This document shows, in pieces, positions 26,334-35,008 of a stretch of 41,246 bases of DNA; positions within the stretch are counted from its first letter, which is position 1, and each line of letters begins with the position of its first letter. The position numbers and the translations under genes were made by a program. The notes beneath the pieces were generated by a model, which saw only the letters and a list, made by a program, of their open reading frames with translations, had not been told where the DNA came from and made no database searches. This DNA is from Sulfolobales archaeon (GTDB lineage: Archaea; Thermoproteota; Thermoprotei_A; Sulfolobales; AG1), in the NCBI GenBank assembly GCA_038867615.1, contig JAWBYA010000010.1:1-41246 (forward strand), written 5' to 3'.

Positions 26334-27374
26334 ATGGGTGAAGTTATTGATTGGATAACGGAGCTTTGGAGATCTATATGGAGTTTTCTAGGGCCAATCG
26401 CTGCAGTCTTATTGATAATCCTTATACTTTATATTCGAGATCCTGAAGAATTTGACAGAATAGCTATACATATATCGTGGGCATTATCGCGGGCTAGTAG
26501 ACATTTTGAGAAGAGCGCCATTAGAAGGGAGGTCAAATATTTAATAGCAAGTGAATTCATCAGAAACTTTCCTGTAGAGGAGATTCCAGAAATAGTTGTT
26601 GAATGGGGAGATGAGGATAGAGCCTATAGAGATGCTAAAGCGGGTAAACTAGTCATAGTGCTGAAAAGTGGTAGTAGAAGCCGCTATGAAAACATTGCTA
26701 GAGCCTTGATAACATCTATACCAGATCTCTTGGCATCTGAGATGAAGGTTGTGTATGATGATAAGCTCATAACATGTCTATCAGCCCATGTGGCTAGGAG
26801 CATTGCTAAGGAAAACCAGCCTGTTGTTACAGCTATAAACGAGGCTATAGATTCCTTGACAAGGGATGACGAAAATCTCCGCAAATTAGCATCGAAATTG
26901 GTTGAGATAGACGATAGATCGCTGCTTTCTAGAGTATTAATTCCAGAAATGATTGAGATAGCTAAGCAAAGACACCCGCATCGAGATTCATCAATAGATG
27001 AGGAGGTTCTCGAGCTAATTAACGTGCTCTATCCACTTGCGAGAGGAGAAGTGATCGATGAACCCATGGTCTATGGTAAATATATTAGGATACTATTTGT
27101 CCTTGTGGCGCGTCCAGAGAAGATCAAGGCTAAGCTGGAACCCCATGTGCGCTATGTAAAACACGTATTAAGAAAGTACCAAGGAATTAATAGTATCTAT
27201 ATCCTTGCAGCTGGGAAGAAGAATGTAGTGGCTGCACAGGCCCTGAAGATGCTCCTAGAAAATGAGCTTAAATCAATGAATTTGAAGCCCACGCTAAGAG
27301 AGTATGAATATGAGGGCAGATATAGAGATGCCCCTAAAATGAAACTCTATCTATGCAAAATAAAAATATTATGA
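26334..27374 (+). CDS. Hypothetical protein with N-terminal TM anchor
   Basis: 346 aa; single hydrophobic helix at about residues 17-33. Confidence 0.8.
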   Translation: MGEVIDWITELWRSIWSFLGPIAAVLLIILILYIRDPEEFDRIAIHISWALSRASRHFEKSAIRREVKYLIASEFIRNFPVEEIPEIVVEWGDEDRAYRDAKAGKLVIVLKSGSRSRYENIARALITSIPDLLASEMKVVYDDKLITCLSAHVARSIAKENQPVVTAINEAIDSLTRDDENLRKLASKLVEIDDRSLLSRVLIPEMIEIAKQRHPHRDSSIDEEVLELINVLYPLARGEVIDEPMVYGKYIRILFVLVARPEKIKAKLEPHVRYVKHVLRKYQGINSIYILAAGKKNVVAAQALKMLLENELKSMNLKPTLREYEYEGRYRDAPKMKLYLCKIKIL

Positions 27375-27409
27375 GTTAAAACTAATAGACCGAGCCTGGA
27401 CGAAGATCT

Positions 27410-27755
27410 GTTTTGCAGAGGCTCTCAACATCCTCCCTATGAGGGTTGGGTATGTTAGGTTTGGGAAGCCTATGTATGCCCTGCCATCAGCTATGTAGAT
27501 CTTTGCATATAGAAACCCTCATCAAAGGCCCTTACCTCTGCATCTGGGCATCTTAGGAGCCCCTCGAAGGTATCTGCAGAGACTTTGTCAGAAACCAGGG
27601 CCTTAATGAGACGTCCCTCTTACATGCCCTTACAAGAAGTTCAGAACCGCAGCTGTCTAAGAACGCTGTTGCAACCCATATACTCTGGGAAGAGCCCTCA
27701 AGGATCCTCATAAGAATATCGGGAACCCCTCTCAAAACAAGCTATAGAAGCATCA
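27410..27755 (-). pseudogene. PLD-family (HKD) nuclease pseudogene
   Basis: Three frames join as SQSIWVATAFLD / VSDKVSADTFEGLL...EVR / LYAKIYIADGRAYIGFPNLT (degenerate HxKxxxxD...GSxN). Confidence 0.7.
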
Positions 27756-27848
27756 CCAAACATTATTAAAACTATATATGTTTCCTCTTTCCCATCTTTC
27801 GGGAAAAGCCGTTGGCTTTATAGGGATCCTTTTTCCCAATATACATAG

Positions 27849-28421
27849 ATGGCTATGAAAAGGGGAAGCCTCAAACTCCTAGATGTCCCTCCATACCAAG
27901 CCCTTTTAGATGCTGTTTCGAGGTGTTGGAGGGATGTTCAGAGGGGCAGATACATGCTAAGGGATCTAGCCCTGGTTTCTATCCTTGTCTTCACGGGGTG
28001 CAGGATTGGAGAGGCTATGAGGATCTCCAAATCAGATCTCGATTTCAAGGGGAGGGCTGTTAGGATAAACCAGCTCAAGAAGAGAGAATCATTTACAAGG
28101 GTTGTTCCAGTCCCAAGCAACCTGTTTTGGGATATTGTCAGGGGCTACACGGAGAGGATAGCTGGTGAGAGGCTATTCAAGATCACCATCAGACATGGGA
28201 GGAACATAGTATATGGCTTCTCGGAGAGATATCTGGGGATGAGGATAAGGCCCCACGCTATTAGGCATAGCTATGCAATAGCGGTTCTAAAGACAACAAA
28301 GAACCTGGAGGCTGTTAGAAGGCTGTTGGGGCATAGGGACTACACAACGATAAAGACATATCTAGACATGACGCAGGAGGACCTCGAGGAGGAGCTTTCA
28401 AAGCTATTCAGAGGCTTGTAA
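27849..28421 (+). CDS. Small tyrosine recombinase (catalytic domain only)
   Basis: TGCRIGE, QLKK, HAIRHSYA, LLGH, TIKTY. Confidence 0.92.
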   Translation: MAMKRGSLKLLDVPPYQALLDAVSRCWRDVQRGRYMLRDLALVSILVFTGCRIGEAMRISKSDLDFKGRAVRINQLKKRESFTRVVPVPSNLFWDIVRGYTERIAGERLFKITIRHGRNIVYGFSERYLGMRIRPHAIRHSYAIAVLKTTKNLEAVRRLLGHRDYTTIKTYLDMTQEDLEEELSKLFRGL

Positions 28422-28429
28422 ATATCTGC

Positions 28430-29375
28430 AAACCTGCTCTCCGACTATGCATGGGCAGAAATCCAAAGCCCCCCTTTTCAGCGTGCAGGATTCTTTTTCT
28501 AGAAGAGGTGTTACTGGTTAAAAAACGCCGTGGATTTTGGCAGAATCCCTAAGATTCTAAAAGGGATAACGCCGTGGCTATATTGACTATCCATAAACCA
28601 TCTCTACCCTGGCTCTGCGTGGAAATCCAACGCCCCTTTCAATGTCTGTAGGCAGGCATCTCCAGCCGAGGCTGTTGGTGTCCGCTGGCTATGAATTGGC
28701 CAGAATCCCTTAGAATCTAGTCTAGAAGGGATAACGCTGGATTCTGGCAAAGCCATTTCAATGACCGCAAACCGCTGTGCTGGCTGTGTGTTGTGTAGGA
28801 TTCCTAAGGAGTATTGCCGGCGTTGAAAGCATCCAGAGCCCTTTTCAATGTCTGGAAAACGCCGTGGCTTTCGGGCTATCCCGATGCATAACCCCCCTTC
28901 AACCCAGCTGAAACTGCTTGGAAGGGATTCGAAGAGGCTGTGGACTTGCAAGCCCTATCTTTTTTATCAATTCATCATATTTCTATTGATTTAAAGGAGT
29001 ATTGGGGCACAGCTGTTAAAAGGAGAGGCCTTTTCAGCGGAGGTCATCGGCTAGATTGGCTAAGTCCATGTTCTTGCATCTACAGCGTGGCAGAGCCGCC
29101 CCTTTTCAATCAAGGGCTCTCGTTGAAAGGGCAATGATGATCAGTGTTTCCAAGCAAAGCACAGCCGTTAAATGGCAGCCCTTTCAAAGCAACCGCGCCT
29201 CTGCCACCTAGAAGATCTAGCAAGGCTTTCGAGCAAGGACACCCTTTCCAAGCAATGGGCTCCGCGTTAGAGGCTCTAGACAATATATCTTGGGGATATC
29301 GAGCGCCGTTAAAAGGGTATAGCGATGCTAGCCAGTTCTCCAAGCAAAGGGCAACCCGTTAAAAGGGCAGAATGC
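28430..29375. repeat. Non-coding array of degenerate CCCTTT(T)CAA / GTTAAAAGGG and AACGCCGTGG motifs (candidate oriT/ori/res)
   Basis: More than 10 copies in both orientations, several forming imperfect hairpins; no convincing ORF. Confidence 0.6.
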
Positions 29376-29423
29376 CAGCCTTCCAACCCTTATAAGGGGC
29401 TGGGCATATATTTCGGGGGTTCG

Positions 29424-29651
29424 ATGGCTCTGAAACAGATCCAGCAGCAGCCTCAGAAGCCTAGGAGGAAGCCTGATCTTGATGAGGAGCTCGTTGGCAG
29501 ATCTGTTGAGATAGTTGTTGTCATCCCTAACCAAGGTTCTCAGATTATAAGGGGTAGGGTGATCAACTTCTCAACATACTTCCTAAAGATAGACGCTGGA
29601 AACGCAACATACTACGTGAACAAACCATTCATAGCATATATAAAGACATAG
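29424..29651 (+). CDS. Hfq/Sm-like fold protein
   Basis: IIRGRVINFSTYFLKI...YYVNKPFIAYI parallels Hfq Sm1/Sm2 motifs; GGGGGT before ATG. Confidence 0.65.
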   Translation: MALKQIQQQPQKPRRKPDLDEELVGRSVEIVVVIPNQGSQIIRGRVINFSTYFLKIDAGNATYYVNKPFIAYIKT

Positions 29652-30053
29652 CCAAGATCTCTGAGTACCCAGAAACGGTCAAGCAAGTGTTCTTAGGAGC
29701 AAAGCGCATCACTATCAAGAGGAACTATAGATCTAGAAAGGGCGGGGTTATGGCCAAGGTGTATCATAATAACAGGACTACCAGGCTTAGGAGGCTATGT
29801 AGAGGATGTTTAACAGCGCGGATTAATGGCTTTTCAAAGCCCCAAAGCTGTAGAGAGAAGAGGTTCAGAATAATCCTGCTCAAGGTAGAGGGGGCTTCAG
29901 CGATAGAGGATATGTGAGATGTGGGCTTGAAATTTGAGATCTTTTTATTTATTATAGTCAAACTGCCCGAGAAGATAGGGTTCGACCTTGATTTTAATCT
30001 CGATTTAAAATATCTAACCGCTTGCAACAGAAGTCTGATCATGATTCTGCTTC

Positions 30054-30695
30054 TTAAGGTTGAGGAGATTGGGAGCTCCTTCTTTGTCTCCATTTATAAG
30101 CTACATGTAAATCAATATACTTCTTTGCCGTATCGTCTCGGAGCCATTCGAGATATGCTTCTATCAATAACTCCTTCTTTTTTTCTCTGAGTTTCTTAAG
30201 TTTCTCAGCTCTTCTCTTAGCCTCAGTCATCTCAGCCTCTTTTTCTTCATCTATATCCACATCATCTAGGTTTTGGATGCCTAAAACGAACTTAATACTT
30301 AAAACCGAATTCGAAACCTCGCCTATGATATAATATGTATCAGGTCGAGCGGGTAAAAGCCCTACTATATCGTAAAAATTATCTAATCGATCGATATATT
30401 TTAGCGTTAATGTTTCACTATCTACATAGTATCCTAAGTCAATCGTAGCCTTAATAGCCTTAGACATCATGCCAAATTTGTAATTTCTAGGATCGTCTGG
30501 ATTAATAATTAGGGGATATGCTTCAAACTGATCCCCGTAGCGTACGATTAACCACGCCATTACCGGCATCATATATATTATTTTGAAGCTTTTCTCCTCT
30601 AGTTCGCATAATTCTTTAGAATCTTCACCATATTTTCCATAATACTCCCTCTCAACTATTTCGAGGCATTCTTTTCGAAATTTAATTAGGTTCAT
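30054..30695 (-). CDS. AT-rich hypothetical protein
   Basis: 213 aa; GGTGA before ATG; A/T-ending codons unlike neighbours. Confidence 0.75.
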   Translation of the reverse strand: MNLIKFRKECLEIVEREYYGKYGEDSKELCELEEKSFKIIYMMPVMAWLIVRYGDQFEAYPLIINPDDPRNYKFGMMSKAIKATIDLGYYVDSETLTLKYIDRLDNFYDIVGLLPARPDTYYIIGEVSNSVLSIKFVLGIQNLDDVDIDEEKEAEMTEAKRRAEKLKKLREKKKELLIEAYLEWLRDDTAKKYIDLHVAYKWRQRRSSQSPQP

Positions 30696-31058
30696 ACTAT
30701 ATCACCAATATATTAATTATCTGCAAGGGTGTTAAAAGCTTAGCTATGTCTCCTCTGAGCTATATACGCTTTAGTGGGCTCTAAGCTAATCCAAATAACT
30801 AAATAACTGGTTAACTATGTATTATTCGATAACATACCCTTATGATGTCCTTAAGAATATTGCTATACACATTTCTAACATACTTGGAGTTGATCGATTC
30901 AGGTTGCATCGCATCAATAACACATAATTTCTGGATATTTCCATAGATGTCTACCAGAACCTGTGTCATTACTAGCAGGGCTTCTTCATTATAATATATC
31001 GCACTTGTGCCAAATAGCTAGAGTTATTTTTAAACCCCGGCCCTTTTCTGTGGAGACC

Positions 31059-32084
31059 ATGATATTCTTCAGGAGGAAGGGTGATAGGGAGAAGGATGTT
31101 GCTAAGGCCCGGCCGAGGTATCTTGGCGAGGATCCAATAATAATTGGGGTTTTCAGTAGCGAGATAGGGGCAGGCGTTTCTAGCATAGCCTCCAGCCTCT
31201 GCCTTCTCTTCTCGTGTCTGGGCTATGGGTGTGTGTTCATCGACATGGATGTCTTCGGGGCTGTCTCTTCAAGGATGATCTTCCACAGGGGTTTGGCAAG
31301 CAAGGCAGATTCCCTATATGCTGAGGATGCTGCTAGGAACAACGCATCGCTATTACATATAATAGCCAGGGGTGGGAAAGCAGTCTCCCTCCTAGATCCA
31401 GGTGTTAGCGGGGTATCGCTGAGGGGCGGGAGAACTTTGCCGTCGCAGAGGCTCTATGTCCTCCCAGGCAGGCTCCTAACAGAGGATCTTAGGCTCTTCA
31501 CCCCACCGGATAGATGTGATAGTGAGACCCACAAGATCCTCCTGAGATCTGTGGTCGACGTGGATAGGGCATTCAGCGAGAGGGTCTATGGAGAGGCTGT
31601 CAGGCTAGCTGTGATGGGGGCGAGGGAGGCTGCGTTGAGGGAGGGGGTTAGATACATAGTAATAGATTCGATTCCGATGCCCAGGGGCGAGGAGTATTTC
31701 TGCGGGCATAGAGAAATGATCTCAGCAGCGATAGAATCCGTTGATAGGGCGCTCCTAGCATCTAGCTTCGACACCGGGGCCCGGGGCTTGGATGATGTGC
31801 TAAGGCTCGTCAGAAAGAGATATAGGGCTATGATGAGGAAGATAGATGCCCTGATAATAAACAAAGCATTCGACGACGAGGAGAAGGAGAAGATCATAGA
31901 AACGGCTAGGAGAAACGGGGTTGAGAGGATATACTTCATCAGATATGATCCTGACTGGTCGTCAACAACAACAGTACCCATAGCCAGAGCTGTTTCAGGG
32001 GCTTCAGAGGATCTGATCGGGATAGCCCTCTCCCTCGGATACATATCCAAGAAGGATCTAGAGGCTCTGGATGCAGAGCTATGA
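31059..32084 (+). CDS. MinD/ParA/TadZ-like protein with degenerate Walker A
   Basis: IIGVFSSEIGAGVSS...VFIDMD, YIVIDS, LIINK, IRYDP; TATA before ATG 31059. Confidence 0.75.
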   Translation: MIFFRRKGDREKDVAKARPRYLGEDPIIIGVFSSEIGAGVSSIASSLCLLFSCLGYGCVFIDMDVFGAVSSRMIFHRGLASKADSLYAEDAARNNASLLHIIARGGKAVSLLDPGVSGVSLRGGRTLPSQRLYVLPGRLLTEDLRLFTPPDRCDSETHKILLRSVVDVDRAFSERVYGEAVRLAVMGAREAALREGVRYIVIDSIPMPRGEEYFCGHREMISAAIESVDRALLASSFDTGARGLDDVLRLVRKRYRAMMRKIDALIINKAFDDEEKEKIIETARRNGVERIYFIRYDPDWSSTTTVPIARAVSGASEDLIGIALSLGYISKKDLEALDAEL

Positions 32085-32635
32085 AGGCATCTAGCCAGAT
32101 TGTTGCTGCTTTGATGCTTGCCCTTGTTGCTGTTGGTGCTGTTTCGATATATTTCTCTCTGATCCAGCCGATGGTAAGGGCTCCGAGGGGTGCTGTAGCC
32201 CTATCCATTACAAGGGATCCAGAGCTTGCTGATGTCAGCAGTAACCAAATAGCTATAAGGGTTGAGGTTAAGATCTACAACCCACTCACAGAAAGCATAA
32301 GGGTTACAGCCGCAGAGGTTACATTCCTATTCAGAGGCCCCAGCACCCCCACCCTCTACGGGCAGAACTGTAATGTTGGGCTAGGAGGTGTTCTAGTGCC
32401 TGCAGGCTCTATCACCCACACATATATAGCGTGCTATTTCAATTCGGGCACTCCACCATACAACCATCTGCTGGTGGCAGCATGTGGGAGCACATACTGC
32501 CAGCTAACCCCACAGCTGCTTGCATCCGCCATGAAGAACCTAGAGATAGCCTCGATAGTATATTACTTTACAACCGCTGGCGGGGAGGGGGTATGCGTCT
32601 CCAGCGGGGATATCGAGAGATGCTACACAGGCTGA
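32081..32635 (+). CDS. Archaeal type IV pilin-like protein
   Basis: MKA|SSQIVAALMLALVAVGAVSIYF class III signal-like N-terminus; beta-rich Cys-containing body; ATGA overlap. Confidence 0.65.
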   Translation: MKASSQIVAALMLALVAVGAVSIYFSLIQPMVRAPRGAVALSITRDPELADVSSNQIAIRVEVKIYNPLTESIRVTAAEVTFLFRGPSTPTLYGQNCNVGLGGVLVPAGSITHTYIACYFNSGTPPYNHLLVAACGSTYCQLTPQLLASAMKNLEIASIVYYFTTAGGEGVCVSSGDIERCYTG

Positions 32636-32693
32636 GCGAGCTGTGAGAACTTAGAAGCAGATCAGCATAGATCATAGCTGAAAGCTTCACCCC

Positions 32694-33581
32694 TCAGGGT
32701 GAGGCCCGCCCCATCATCTGATCCTCTATCCATTTGACCTTTAGTTGGGATCCCATGTATTTCTGATACATTTCGATGAGGATATCTATGTCGTCTCTCA
32801 GCTCTTTGCTCAGGTTCTTGGATGCATTATATAGATCTGTTATCATCGGCTCCAGATGCTTCGCATAGAACCACATGGCATCAGCATGCTCCTCAAATTT
32901 AGGTAGCGTTTTAACACCACCCTTTTTGTTGGGCATAACTATTATCGGTATGGGTGTCTTCGCTATTCTCCTTGCATAGTCCTCAGCCTCACGATCCCTA
33001 AGATTCCTAGCCCTATGCATGATGCTTGCTAGCCTCGAACCTATCTTGCTATATGCATAAGCCCTAGCAGATAGTGATGAATCAAACTTACCCAGAAACT
33101 TGTATTTCCTCCACTCCCTCCCCCTCTTAATCGTGATAACTGTAACTGAATAATCAAAAGAGTCTCTATGATCTACCATATCCATATAGCTGTGATCCAT
33201 GCTCACAACAAGATCATGAGTCCTCGTAGCGATATCAACCATAGAGGCGATATCACCCTCTGAAGCCTCTCCATAGCTTCTAATCTCTGTGATGAAGATG
33301 TTGCCACGGACATCCAAAACCCTGAGATCCCAAGCATCTATTATGATGACAGAGCCTCTCTCGATCTTTTTGTAGATCTCGTCAAAGGGTCTTATCGAGG
33401 TGGGGTCTCCGCGGGGGTTGTTGATAAGCATTACAGGGCTCGAAAAAGATCTATTATCATCAACAATGATGCCATACAAACAATACATCTTCCGATTATA
33501 TCTCGTGATCTTGACTCTAGAGTCAAATATGTAAACCTTACCCCTGCTCATCATAGTGAACCTCACCCACGATCCATACAA
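32694..33581 (-). CDS. Hypothetical protein, last gene of the replication operon
   Basis: 295 aa ORF overlapping the primase stop. Confidence 0.7.
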   Translation of the reverse strand: MYGSWVRFTMMSRGKVYIFDSRVKITRYNRKMYCLYGIIVDDNRSFSSPVMLINNPRGDPTSIRPFDEIYKKIERGSVIIIDAWDLRVLDVRGNIFITEIRSYGEASEGDIASMVDIATRTHDLVVSMDHSYMDMVDHRDSFDYSVTVITIKRGREWRKYKFLGKFDSSLSARAYAYSKIGSRLASIMHRARNLRDREAEDYARRIAKTPIPIIVMPNKKGGVKTLPKFEEHADAMWFYAKHLEPMITDLYNASKNLSKELRDDIDILIEMYQKYMGSQLKVKWIEDQMMGRASP

Positions 33582-34705
33582 AACCTCTCGAACATTTCAG
33601 GGTTTTTCTCCCTGTATGTCCTGCATATTATGTCGAGGATCTCCCTATCCATTTTTCCAATGCTCTTTGGGAGGATGACCGCTGGCTCTCCATCTTCATC
33701 AACCCTCTCCGCCTTTCTAGCTAGCCTTGCAAGGTCGTTCCTAACCCATCCCTCCCCGATCTTATCACACCTCTTATAGTTTCTACAGGAGTTTTCGAGG
33801 AAGGTTCTGGCGAGCTCTAGGCAGGCTTCTACATCCAGTTTCCTGACGTTGATGCAGTAGGGGTTGAGAGCGGAGAGGATGAATCGTTTCCTTCCATCGG
33901 GAAGCCCGATGCTAATGATAGCCTCTATCCATGTGATAGTCCCAGGGCCCCTTCTAACCCTGATCCTCGGCCTGGGCATTTCGATCCTGACTACTGTGAT
34001 CTCTATCTTCAGGGGGTCGAGAGGCTCTAGGCGATCCCATGTGAACTCATTTCTAAGCTTGATCCTGGGCTCCAGAAACAATGTCTCCCTTCTAACACCT
34101 CTTTTGTTGTAATAGCTAGTCGGGATCCTGTGGAGTGAGTTGAACCTAGTCGGGCTCATATCAACCATTCCCCTGTACCCCTCCGGCACGTGAGAGGCTA
34201 CGTGGCTGTGAAGGGGCTGATAATAGTCATAACCTATCCTCCGTTTCAATGGGGTGAAGACGTGGCAGCCCTTTCTACCTGATCTCACAATGGCTGCGTC
34301 GCACCCATATAAGTCCTTTAAGATCCTCGCGAGCCTGTATGCTCCCTGGCAAGCAACGCTCCAGTCATCCTCGCAGTCAAAGTCTATGAAGATGCGGTCG
34401 TAGAGCATGACATCCTCGGCGGGCTTCAAAGCAACATCCCCCCAGAAGCCGTTCCCCATGAAAAGATTAGCCTCTCTGAAGAACCTCCCACCCCTGAGAT
34501 ATCTCCTCCAGATAAGCTCCTCAAAGCCTAGGAAGCTGGCCTGCTCCCTTATGAATTTGCATCCCCACCTGGGCATCCCCTGCGTCTCTTGACAGACATC
34601 CATATCGCCTATATGCAGAGCCCACTCCCTCGCAGAAGATAAATCTATCCTCGTGGGCCCGGCAAACCAGACCTCGACAAACTCTAGAAAATCATCGTAG
34701 GGCAA
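33563..34705 (-). CDS. Archaeo-eukaryotic primase (PriS-like) fused to PriX-like domain
   Basis: IFIDFD, SGRKGCH, VD...RIP; C-terminal WIEAII...DGRKRFIL...YCINVRK...KIGEGWV. Confidence 0.85.
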   Translation of the reverse strand: MPYDDFLEFVEVWFAGPTRIDLSSAREWALHIGDMDVCQETQGMPRWGCKFIREQASFLGFEELIWRRYLRGGRFFREANLFMGNGFWGDVALKPAEDVMLYDRIFIDFDCEDDWSVACQGAYRLARILKDLYGCDAAIVRSGRKGCHVFTPLKRRIGYDYYQPLHSHVASHVPEGYRGMVDMSPTRFNSLHRIPTSYYNKRGVRRETLFLEPRIKLRNEFTWDRLEPLDPLKIEITVVRIEMPRPRIRVRRGPGTITWIEAIISIGLPDGRKRFILSALNPYCINVRKLDVEACLELARTFLENSCRNYKRCDKIGEGWVRNDLARLARKAERVDEDGEPAVILPKSIGKMDREILDIICRTYREKNPEMFERFCMDRG

Positions 34706-34711
34706 AATAGA

Positions 34712-35008
34712 TCACCCCCTGGCCAGCCTATCCATGATATCCAGGATCTGCTCCCTAACAATTCTCCCCCTGAGCTCTTTGGAGAGGTTATAGCATCTGC
34801 CTGGGACATGCTCTACATAGCCCTTTTCAACGAGGGATTTGAATACCTTGGCTGCATCGCCATATTCTATTCCGTGTTTCATCAGCTCTTTGAAGGCTAC
34901 TATCTCCCCCACGCTGACCTCTCTGAGGATGTATAGCAATACCCTCAGCTCGACTGGGGATAGCTCTCTCAACATCCTAAAGACAATCACCTTTGCCTTT
35001 GCGCTCAC
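34712..35008 (-). CDS. Winged-helix protein
   Basis: LSPVELRVLLYI...AAKVFKSLVEKGYVE. Confidence 0.75.
   Translation of the reverse strand: MSAKAKVIVFRMLRELSPVELRVLLYILREVSVGEIVAFKELMKHGIEYGDAAKVFKSLVEKGYVEHVPGRCYNLSKELRGRIVREQILDIMDRLARG

Noticed and set aside
28604-29362. ORFs 28604-, 28940+, 29110-, 29144+
   Set aside because: No motifs or start signals; composition reflects the repeat array
28430-29375. CRISPR array
   Set aside because: Repeats are ~10 bp, degenerate, in both orientations and irregularly spaced; no cas genes
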